Shown here: in pieces, positions 21,549 to 29,262 of the stretch
Numbering within the stretch: the first letter of the stretch is position 1
Layout of the letters: each line of letters opens with the position of its first letter
Source: Candidatus Moranella endobia PCIT
GTDB lineage: Bacteria > Pseudomonadota > Gammaproteobacteria > Enterobacterales > Enterobacteriaceae
Assembly: GCF_000219175.1 (NCBI RefSeq)
Contig: NC_015735.1
Location: 150,001 to 182,000, forward strand
Direction of reading: 5' to 3'
DNA length: 32,000 nucleotides
Program-made: the position numbers and the translations under genes
Notes under the pieces: generated by a model
The model's database searches: none
What the model was told of the DNA's origin: nothing
The model's input: only the letters and a program-made list of their open reading frames with translations

Positions 21549-22337
21549 TTATATCAATAATTGCATGTCTATGTGAAATAGACGGCAAAAATTTTCAGTG
21601 GTAGCTGTGGCTAACTGCAGTAACGATAGGCCCTTTAATGTTGCAATACAATCTGCTACATCAAGCACATAAGCTGGTTGGTTTTCTTTGCCCCGATAAG
21701 GTACTGGTGCTAAGTAAGGGGAATCGGTTTCCAATAACATTTGGTCTAGAGGCACATAGCGCGCTACCTCTCGTAATCCTTCTGCATTGCCGAAGGTTAC
21801 AATACCGGAAAAAGATATGTAAAAACCCATATCCAGCAATTTTTTGGCAAGAGCACGGTCTCCTGTGAAGCAGTGAATAACACCACCACATTCGCTAGCT
21901 TGCTCCTCACGCAGAATGGTGAGAGTATCTTCATGAGCACGGCGGTTATGTACAATTATCGGCTTATTCAGAGCTCGCCCAACCAGAATATGTTCACGGA
22001 AAACCTCCTGCTGCTGCGCTTTTTTATGATGTTGGTAATAATAATCGAGCCCAGTTTCACCAATGGCTACCACACCATCCCCTGCCGCTAAATCGCGCAG
22101 TGAAGCTAAATCGTAAGGTTCATCAAGATGGAGAGGATGAAGTCCGCAGGAAAATAGTACATCATCACGGCGACCAATCATTGCTGTCATAGTTTGAAAA
22201 CCAAGCAATGTAGTACATACCGCCAACATAAGTTTTACGTTACGGGCACGAGCCTTGGACGCAACATCCGCTACATCCAAGTGTAACCGTTGGTAATCTA
22301 ACTGATCAAGATGGCAATGAGAATCAACTATAAACAT
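21549..22337 (-). CDS. ycfH: TatD-family metal-dependent DNase/hydrolase YcfH
   Basis: 262 aa. [11 protein letters not shown]...[10 protein letters not shown]...HNRRAHEDT...GVIHCFTGD...[11 protein letters not shown]...[22 protein letters not shown] is colinear with E. coli YcfH. It lies 14 nt downstream of holB, as in E. coli. Confidence 0.9.
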   Translation of the reverse strand: MFIVDSHCHLDQLDYQRLHLDVADVASKARARNVKLMLAVCTTLLGFQTMTAMIGRRDDVLFSCGLHPLHLDEPYDLASLRDLAAGDGVVAIGETGLDYYYQHHKKAQQQEVFREHILVGRALNKPIIVHNRRAHEDTLTILREEQASECGGVIHCFTGDRALAKKLLDMGFYISFSGIVTFGNAEGLREVARYVPLDQMLLETDSPYLAPVPYRGKENQPAYVLDVADCIATLKGLSLLQLATATTENFCRLFHIDMQLLI

Positions 22338-22351
22338 AGCGTAACTTTACA

Positions 22352-23350
22352 TCATAGGTAAGCATAGATTTCCGCAGTGCCATACTTCCAATTAAGTAAT
22401 TGGTTGGTTAGCAATAATTCACGATTCACGCTATTTATCTCCTGTAGCTGGCGAAAAACATGCAGCCAAGTGTTCCACTGAGTGTGTAACAAGCCAGCCG
22501 GCCAGCGCTCCGCCAGCATAACTAATAGCTGTGGCTGATCAGTATTAACAATAAATTCTTGCGCGCCATAATGATATTTCAGTGCATCAGCAATAAGGCT
22601 GAGTAGCCAATTTATTGGGCCGTAATCTTTTTTATCGCGATTTAGTGCTGGCAACAGCGCCAATAAATCGCCGCTAGCAATAACGTTTTGCAATACCGTG
22701 CATAGTTCTAGCCGCTCCTGCCAGCGTGCTGGTTGCAGCAGTGCCTCTGCCGCCAAAGGAGCTGTGCCGCACAGGCGCAGCGCAGTGCGGGCACGCAGTT
22801 CATCATGACCTAACTGTTGTAACCATCGCACACTATGCGACTCATTCGGTGTAGACAGCGGCCAATAGAGACATCTACTTCTTAGCGTTAATAATAGGCG
22901 TGACGTAGTTTGGCAACTCATAATAAAATATGTATTTGCCGGTGGCTCTTCCAAAATTTGCAAGAGTGCGTTAGCCGCCGGTTCAGTTAGTTCTTCAACA
23001 TTTGGCAACCATAGCACTTGCACTCCGCCCGGATAATAGACACTACCATACAAGTTATCAATAATATTACGGATACTATCAATACCTATATTATGCTGGT
23101 CTTTTCCTAGTACTAGTTGATAATAATTCGGATGATTACCAACGATCATCAGCCTACAGCTATAGCAAACGCGACAACTGTTGTTACCATACGGGTTTCG
23201 GCACATGAGCCAGCGCATAAGCGCATAACATAACGACTGCTCGCCGTTGCCAGGTTGGCTATGCAGTAACACAGCATGATGCCCACGCTTCTGCTTATAG
23301 CTAGCAATAAGCTGCTGATAGGGGCTAGAGAGCCAGGGATACCATTTCAT
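22352..23350 (-). CDS. holB: DNA polymerase III delta-prime subunit
   Basis: The homology-based start at the ATG at 23350 (MKWYPWLSSPYQQLIASYKQKRGHHAVLL) matches E. coli MRWYPWL. An upstream in-frame ATG at 23371 is also possible. The zinc module CRVCYSCRL and the motif LQILEEPP are conserved. Confidence 0.9.
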   Translation of the reverse strand: MKWYPWLSSPYQQLIASYKQKRGHHAVLLHSQPGNGEQSLCYALMRWLMCRNPYGNNSCRVCYSCRLMIVGNHPNYYQLVLGKDQHNIGIDSIRNIIDNLYGSVYYPGGVQVLWLPNVEELTEPAANALLQILEEPPANTYFIMSCQTTSRLLLTLRSRCLYWPLSTPNESHSVRWLQQLGHDELRARTALRLCGTAPLAAEALLQPARWQERLELCTVLQNVIASGDLLALLPALNRDKKDYGPINWLLSLIADALKYHYGAQEFIVNTDQPQLLVMLAERWPAGLLHTQWNTWLHVFRQLQEINSVNRELLLTNQLLNWKYGTAEIYAYL

Positions 23351-23371
23351 GGTAACTGAGCCTGCGCACAT

Positions 23372-23640
23372 GCAATTTATTTACAGAGAGTAAATATCGC
23401 AGTGCTGCGACGAATGGTTGATTGGCGAATTTCAAATAGAAACATAAGACGGTACGCTGCTGGCAACAGCAGATTCCAAGAATAAATACGCTCGCCAACC
23501 GCCATAGAAATCTACTCTATTAGGTAAAATATATCTAGATATAGCATCAGAGATATTAAGGCTTACCCCCCCCGTACCTAACATTTGCTGTTTGTTCATA
23601 GTAGTGATATTCCGCAGGTCGATTTCACGTGGTCATTATT
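23372..23640 (-). pseudogene. tmk: Probable remnant of thymidylate kinase gene (no P-loop, internal deletion)
   Basis: It occupies the ancestral slot immediately upstream of holB. The minus-strand frame reads NNDHVKIDLRNITTMNKQQMLGTGGVSLNISDAISRYILPNRVDFYGGWRAYLFLESA...*. This loosely parallels E. coli Tmk GDRHDLSTQAYQGGGRGID...LRDAVLGDFRPDLTLYLD...RARYLELAA. About 90 N-terminal residues, including the GxxGxGKT P-loop, have no counterpart. The alignment is weak and by eye. Confidence 0.4.
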
Positions 23641-23974
23641 ATGGCACTTTTACAATGGCTAACCATTATATATTTTATATTCCTTTATATTTTATATCTA
23701 CCCGCCACCATCAACAACAAAGCGAGCTAAGTTGCCGGTATAAAGTCAGTGTTATGGCGAAATACTGCCGGTTGACTATTGCCGTTTTCAAGCAGTCGGT
23801 AACGGCGCAGGTAGCCTAATAAAAGTAACCCAACCTATGCAGCAGCGGCCGCAATAAGTTTTGATCGGCGAAAGACCAGAACAGTAATCTATGTGACTAT
23901 TTTCTAGCTACAGATAATTTTTGCCATTAAAATTGGGGTAAATATTTGGTTTATAAGTGTGTACTTTTTCCTCT

Positions 23975-24012
23975 ACTGAAAAAGTAGGCGGTCATTTCAT
24001 TTTGACCGCCTA
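23975..24012 (-). terminator. Rho-independent terminator downstream of acpP
   Basis: The minus strand reads TAGGCGGTCA-aaatgaaa-TGACCGCCTA followed by CTTTTTCAG. This is a perfect 10-bp GC-rich stem (23985-24012), starting 20 nt after the acpP stop. Confidence 0.8.
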
Positions 24013-24031
24013 GCCTAATAATGATGTTCTC

Positions 24032-24334
24032 TTACTGCTTGCGTGCCTGAATAAAATCAATCGCTGCTTGCACAGTAGTGATTTTCTCAGCTTCGTCGTC
24101 CGTAATTTCGGTATCGAACTTTTCTTCTAGCGCCATTACCAACTCCACAGTGTCAAGAGAGTCAGCACCTAGGTCATTAACGAAAGAAGCATGATTGACA
24201 ATTTTTTCTTTTTTCACTCCCAGTTGTTCAGCTATGACTGACTTAACGCTGTCTTCGATATTTAACAATTTTTCTTGTTTCACTTCCTGTTGTTCAGCTA
24301 TGACTGACTTAACGCTGTCTTCGATATTATTCAT
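24032..24334 (-). CDS. acpP: Acyl carrier protein with an N-terminal 22-residue tandem duplication (100 aa instead of about 78)
   Basis: [100 protein letters not shown]. Everything from the second NIED onward is colinear with E. coli AcpP, including the DSL phosphopantetheine site. ATG start with AAGGAA about 8 nt upstream. Confidence 0.9.
   Translation of the reverse strand: MNNIEDSVKSVIAEQQEVKQEKLLNIEDSVKSVIAEQLGVKKEKIVNHASFVNDLGADSLDTVELVMALEEKFDTEITDDEAEKITTVQAAIDFIQARKQ
24197..24328. repeat. Tandem direct repeat, 2 x 66 bp, in frame inside acpP
   Basis: Unit A is 24197-24262 and unit B is 24263-24328. A 40-bp core, gttgttcagctatgactgacttaacgctgtcttcgatatt, is identical at 24223-24262 and 24289-24328. 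The remaining 26 bp of each unit differ at 7 or 8 positions. Confidence 0.95.
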
Positions 24335-24492
24335 GCTCTTTATTCCTTATTCCTATCACAACTCGCTTACGCGATGGTTTTTTTTGCAGTTAATACATAT
24401 TAAATAACATGCAACTTAATCCTGTGGCATAACCACTATTATGTGCTATTTTGCGGCGGTTGCTACAAATAATGCAAATTATTTTCTTGCTC

Positions 24493-25227
24493 TCAAGGCA
24501 TATACATGCCGCCATTGATATGTATCGTTGCACCAGTAATATATGCTGCCTCTTCAGAAGCAAAAAAAGCGACAGCACTAGCAATATCTTTAGGATCACC
24601 AAAACGATTTGCTGGAATCTGGGATAGAATGCCCGCACGGTGTCCATCTGTCAACGCTTCGGTCATATCGGTAGCGATAAATCCTGGCGCAATCACATTA
24701 ACAGTAATGCCACGCGAAGCAACTTCAAGAGCTAGTGATTTACTAAAACCAATTAAACCAGCCTTAACAGCGGCATAATTTGCCTGTCCAGCATTACCCA
24801 GTGAGCCAACAACAGACCCAATTGTAATAATTCTGCCGTAACGATTTTTCATCATGGCACGCATGACCGCTTTAGACATACGGAATACTGACGTCAAATT
24901 AGTATTAATAACAGATTGCCATTCATCTTCATTCATGCGCATTAGTATATTATCACGCGTGATACCCACATTATTCACTAATATATCCGCATCACCAAAT
25001 TCAACGCGCATTTTATCGCAAAAATGCTCGATAGAACCTTGAATATTAAAATTTAATTCCATTCCTTGACCACTATCTCCCAGATAGGCACTGATGCTAG
25101 CAGCTCCTGTTTCGCTGGTAGCGGTACCAATAACATTGGCACCACGTGCGGCTAGCGTTTCAGCTATTGCGCGGCCAATACCACGGCTAGCTCCAGTTAC
25201 CAGCGCAATTTTACCTTCAAAGCTCAT
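24493..25227 (-). CDS. fabG: 3-oxoacyl-ACP reductase
   Basis: The ATG at 25227 gives MSFEGKIALVTGASRGIGRAIAETLAARGA, matching the E. coli FabG start (the listed 25245 start is a TTG). The Ser...YAAVK catalytic triad context is present. 244 aa. Confidence 0.95.
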   Translation of the reverse strand: MSFEGKIALVTGASRGIGRAIAETLAARGANVIGTATSETGAASISAYLGDSGQGMELNFNIQGSIEHFCDKMRVEFGDADILVNNVGITRDNILMRMNEDEWQSVINTNLTSVFRMSKAVMRAMMKNRYGRIITIGSVVGSLGNAGQANYAAVKAGLIGFSKSLALEVASRGITVNVIAPGFIATDMTEALTDGHRAGILSQIPANRFGDPKDIASAVAFFASEEAAYITGATIHINGGMYMP

Positions 25228-25232
25228 CTTTA

Positions 25233-26177
25233 TTAGTAACTCCAATGTGCGTTTTCAATAGCTGCCGCAAGTGAAGCAGGATCGTTCACAGCCGTACCTG
25301 ACAGGGTACCGACGATGCGTTTGGTCAAACCAGTAAGCACATTACCAGGACCTACTTCTAACAACGCCTCGACGCTATGTGCCGCAAGGTACTCCACAGT
25401 TTCAGTCCAGCGCACCGGACTATAAAGCTGACGCACCAGTGCTTGGCGTATAGCTGTTGGATTATACTCAGCACGCACATCAACGTTATTGATTACTGGT
25501 AACTGCGGTGCAGCTAATGTTACTAATTCTAACGCCTGAGCCAGTTTTGTTGCAGCTGGTTTCATCAGATCACAATGGGCAGGCACACTAACCGGTAACA
25601 GTAAAGCGCGTTTAGCCCCGGCTTTTTTACAGCAAATACCGGCCCGTTCCACTGCTTCCTTATGCCCGGCAATAACAACTTGACCAGGAGAATTAAAATT
25701 AACTGGTGCAACCACCTGTCCCTGTGCTGCTCGTTCACAGGCATAAGCTATAGCGTCGATATCTAAACCGATAATAGCTGACATCGCTTCATTTCCAGCT
25801 GGTACCGCTTCTTGCATAAGCCTGCCACGCAGAGCAACTAGCTTTATTGCTACTGTGAAATCTAGACTTCCAGCACAAACTAGAGCCGAATATTCTCCCA
25901 GACTGTGACCGGCCATAAATGCCGGTTCCCGTCCGCCATGATGTTGCCATAGACGCCATATTGCTACCGATGATGCCAATAAGGCCGGTTGAGTATGCAA
26001 AGTCTTATTCAGCTCATCAGCCGGACCGTGCTGCACTAGATGCCATAAATCATATTTAAGAACATTAGAAGCTTCAGCAAACGTTGCTTCGACGATTAAG
26101 TGATCCTCTGCTAGCTCTGCTAACATCCCTACTGTCTGGACGCCCTGTCCTGGAAATACCATGGCAAAAACAGTCAT
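25233..26177 (-). CDS. fabD: Malonyl-CoA:ACP transacylase
   Basis: The ATG at 26177 gives [19 protein letters not shown], matching E. coli MTQFAFVFPGQGSQTVGML (the listed start at 26234 overextends). The [14 protein letters not shown] active-site Ser motif is present. AGGAAGGA lies upstream. Confidence 0.95.
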   Translation of the reverse strand: MTVFAMVFPGQGVQTVGMLAELAEDHLIVEATFAEASNVLKYDLWHLVQHGPADELNKTLHTQPALLASSVAIWRLWQHHGGREPAFMAGHSLGEYSALVCAGSLDFTVAIKLVALRGRLMQEAVPAGNEAMSAIIGLDIDAIAYACERAAQGQVVAPVNFNSPGQVVIAGHKEAVERAGICCKKAGAKRALLLPVSVPAHCDLMKPAATKLAQALELVTLAAPQLPVINNVDVRAEYNPTAIRQALVRQLYSPVRWTETVEYLAAHSVEALLEVGPGNVLTGLTKRIVGTLSGTAVNDPASLAAAIENAHWSY

Positions 26178-26200
26178 TATTATGTGTTCCTTCCTGTATC

Positions 26201-26810
26201 CTAAAAACGTAATAGTGCTGAACCCCAGGTACAACAGCCGCCAAAAGATTCAAGAAGCACCAGCGATCCTTGATACGGCCATCACGTACCGATTCATCTA
26301 TCGCCAGCGTCACGGAAGCTGCGGAAGTATTGCCATGTCGATTAATATTGATCAAGACTTTTTCTACCCCCATTCCCAAGCGTAGTGTTTTGTCTACAAT
26401 ATGTGCTAGTTCAGTAACAGCTACCTTGAAAACTTCGCTACCTGAAATCTTCAGGTAAGCCGAATCCACAGGATCCATTCGGTTATGATATGGAAGAGTA
26501 AGCAAATCACTATAGCGTCCATCAGCATGCAGATGCGTGGAGATGATACCTGGTGTTGTCGAGCGTACTACCGCACCCGCACCGTCACCGAAAATAATCA
26601 ACGTACTACGATCGTCGTGGTTTAAGGTGCGGCTTAACGTATCAGAACCAATCACAAATGCGTAGTCTATCGCACAGTGTTTGACATATGTATCCACTAC
26701 TCAGATGGTATAGACAAAACCGGAGCAGGCAGCAGCTAAGTAGCAACAACAACCATGCTAATTTTTTCTACCTCTATTTCTGCCCTATTCATTATTAGTG
26801 GCAAAATATA
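26201..26810 (-). pseudogene. fabH: fabH (3-oxoacyl-ACP synthase III) pseudogene
   Basis: The listed 207-aa ORF (26074..26697) is a fabH fragment read out of frame into fabD. (a) Homology continues upstream of its GTG as [26 protein letters not shown] (E. coli [28 protein letters not shown]), with an in-frame TGA at 26701-26703 and further stops upstream. (b) An in-frame deletion of about 28 aa near 26380 turns [38 protein letters not shown] into [10 protein letters not shown] and removes the catalytic His. (c) A 1-nt deletion near 26270 shifts the frame. The shifted frame reads [22 protein letters not shown] and ends at the ancestral stop at 26201-26203. (d) About 100 N-terminal residues are unrecognisable. 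Confidence 0.85.
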
Positions 26811-27054
26811 ACAAGCTATTTAAACCGGTTTCTGAGCAAAATTAATATCAGTGCAGTACAATCAATACCGTCAGTCAAATTCGTGAGAAACTACACTCCA
26901 GCGCAATGTGCCGCCTGGCGGCAGGTTGATTCTTACTGCAATAAGAAGTAATACTAGAAGATGCCATGTAATTATCCAGTGCTCAACAAAGATTGTTTTG
27001 CCAGTCCAGTACCTAGCCGGGATCGCCGATTAGTAACAGTTTAATTTTTAAGAA

Positions 27055-27090
27055 TATTAGAAAAGTACCTGCTGTTATGGCAGCAGGTAC
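27055..27090 (-). terminator. Rho-independent terminator downstream of rpmF
   Basis: Perfect 10-bp stem gtacctgctg / cagcaggtac (27065-27090) with a 6-nt loop, followed on the minus strand by TTTTCTAATATT. It lies about 80 nt after the rpmF stop. Confidence 0.7.
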
Positions 27091-27169
27091 CATTACCACA
27101 CAACGGTACTAAATGCTGCTGCTACAACTCTATATTTAAAAAAAACGGCTCTCTGTCTCACCTGATTAA

Positions 27170-27340
27170 TTACTTGGTGATCATTTTACGACCACAGTAA
27201 AAACCATCGGCAGTAATGTGGTGCCGCAAGTGGGTTTCACCAGAAGTTTGGTCAACTGAGAGAGTTAATTTGGTAAGAGCGTCGTGGGAACGACGCATGC
27301 CACGTTTGGAACGGGTTGGTTTGTTTTGTTGTACGGCCAT
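27170..27340 (-). CDS. rpmF: 50S ribosomal protein L32
   Basis: Below the ORF-track size cutoff. The reverse-complement translation is [56 protein letters not shown], near-identical to E. coli L32. AAGGAG lies 8 nt upstream of the ATG. Confidence 0.95.
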   Translation of the reverse strand: MAVQQNKPTRSKRGMRRSHDALTKLTLSVDQTSGETHLRHHITADGFYCGRKMITK

Positions 27341-27807
27341 GGAATTGACTCCTTTAGGACTTATGGTGGTTATTTTCTACTAAAGCCTATTATTCGTTGC
27401 ATACTGGACTGGAACTACATTATTAGCCTGTAATAATGTAGTGGTTGTGTAATATAATATGTTGGCGACAAAAAGTTACTTATAAGCACGCCGTGTAGCA
27501 GTTAATAACTGCAACGCAAGATAATAATACTACGTTAATATCCTATCACGTGATTTATGCAGTAACAGGCGTTAATTGCTTAGACAAATAAACAACCGTG
27601 TAGTACAAGTATTTCTGCGCCGTGTATCAATGGTTTTAGGATCATTTTCCATTTCAAGGCAATATATTTAAACCATTACTATGTATTAGATGAATATCTA
27701 ATTAACAATAACATGCAATATTCTAGCCAACATGCAACATAGTTACTAATGCCTGGCTTGGGGCTTACATATTGCACCAAGCAAGGGCTGCTAGTTATCA
27801 GTATAAA

Positions 27808-28776
27808 TCATGCATGTGGATATTTGTGATAAGCGCGCAGATATAATAGGCATTGACGTAGCGACACATCTAAGGGCGCCTCTATACGTAACGTTTCGCC
27901 ACTACCAGGATGGTTAAAACACAACGCAACTGCATGTAAAAACAGACGATGCAGGCCGCACCCTTTCAATCGCTGATCAAAATTTATGTCTCCATAACGA
28001 TCGTCAAACGCAATAGGATGGCCAGCATATTGGGCATGAACACGAATTTGATGAGTGCGCCCAGTAACTGGACTAGCCCGTACCAGCGTGGCTAGAGTAA
28101 ACCTCTCTTCCACTTTGAAATGTGTTTCAGAAGGTTTACCATCTTTATGTACTCTGACTATGCGCTCACCGCTGGTGATGATATTTTTTAGCAGAGGTGC
28201 CGATACCGTTTTGATATTGGACTTCCACTTACTACGCACTAGCGCTAAATAATCTTTTTGTATTCCCTTAGTACGTAATTGCGTATGCAGCGAGCGTAAT
28301 GCAGAATGTTTCTTAGCAATCAATAGCACCCCTGACGTATCACGATCTAAGCGGTGAACTAATTCTAGAAATAGCGCGTTGGGACGAAGGGCACGTAGAC
28401 CTTCAATAACACCAAAACTAAGACCGCTACCACCATGCACGGCCGTACCAGCTGGCTTATTCAAGATAAGAAGATAATCGTCTTCATAGAGCACAGCATC
28501 ATTTAAAGCGGCTACTTTCTCTAATCTAGCTGAAATCAGCGGCTGCTCATTATCAGCAATTTGTACTGGCGGAATACGCAACTCATCATGATTTTGCAGT
28601 TTATATTCTGGTTTTACCCTTTTTTTATTTACGCGTACTTCACCTTTTCTAACGATGCGATAAATCATACTTTTAGGCACATTTTTAAGACGCATAATTA
28701 AAAAATTATCGATGCGCTGACCTGCTTCTTCCACTGATATGGTTATAAACCGTACACTAAGATTATTTTTTATCAT
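27808..28776 (-). CDS. rluC: 23S rRNA pseudouridine synthase RluC
   Basis: 322 aa. It has an S4 domain (GQRIDNFL...PKSMIYRIVRKGEVRVNKKRVKPEYKL) and the catalytic HRLDRDTSGVLLIAKK. Colinear with E. coli RluC and divergent from rne, as in E. coli. Confidence 0.95.
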   Translation of the reverse strand: MIKNNLSVRFITISVEEAGQRIDNFLIMRLKNVPKSMIYRIVRKGEVRVNKKRVKPEYKLQNHDELRIPPVQIADNEQPLISARLEKVAALNDAVLYEDDYLLILNKPAGTAVHGGSGLSFGVIEGLRALRPNALFLELVHRLDRDTSGVLLIAKKHSALRSLHTQLRTKGIQKDYLALVRSKWKSNIKTVSAPLLKNIITSGERIVRVHKDGKPSETHFKVEERFTLATLVRASPVTGRTHQIRVHAQYAGHPIAFDDRYGDINFDQRLKGCGLHRLFLHAVALCFNHPGSGETLRIEAPLDVSLRQCLLYLRAYHKYPHA

Positions 28777-29262
28777 AGGTCAACATGCTAAATATACCTA
28801 AAACATAGCGCCAATTATTATTATCTACTGTAATAATGTTGTCACAGATGCTCTTATATTATAAGACCTAAGACTAGGTCTGCAACTGATCATCGACGGC
28901 TAAAGTCGGCTTGCTATATGTATGTAAGCAGTGGAATAATATATCTATTTACCAAAATGTTAGCATCTGGGACGTATAATCGAAGATCTTTGGTAATTTA
29001 TATAGTTTTATTGAGTTAGAAGTCGCCATGGCATAGAACATAATGTCTTATTGGTAGTTAGTTTCGTATTGCATGGCAAAAATTAATCCATGCTTGCTAG
29101 CCACCATAAATAATATGGAATGCTATTCCATCTACACAAGTGCTATTTACCACCTCTTATTAGAGGCATAAATAACAACCTTATTAATTGCATTAGTACG
29201 CCAATTTACAAGGTAAGCAATACTTAATAAGAATTATTATAAATAAAAATGAGTAAGTGACA

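Noticed and set aside
23592-23819. 75-aa ORF in the acpP-holB gap (also 24390..24647, 24195..24407, 17868..18068, 11032..11238 and 642..2318, the small plus-strand ORFs)
   Set aside because: These ORFs have no SD, no homology and odd composition. They lie in decayed spacers or antisense to recB, acpP or fabG, and are most likely chance ORFs.
26074-26697. 207-aa ORF treated as an intact gene overlapping fabD
   Set aside because: It is a fabH fragment. Its last ~65 residues are out-of-frame read-through caused by a 1-nt deletion and run into fabD. Homology continues upstream past an in-frame TGA. I therefore call it a pseudogene.
27428-28845. Repeated 12-mer ctgtaataatgt in two spacers (27428 and 28832), with a similar string at 15033
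   Set aside because: Exact 12-mer matches are expected by chance many times in 32 kb of AT-biased sequence. There is no extended similarity around them.
28864-28881. Hairpin agaccta-agac-taggtct and TATAAT at 28975-28980 in the rluC/rne spacer, as defined elements of the rne autoregulatory 5' UTR
   Set aside because: A long structured rne leader is plausible by analogy with E. coli, given the 486-bp spacer. I cannot align it to the known hp2/hp3 structures or identify a convincing -35, so I have not annotated it as a feature.
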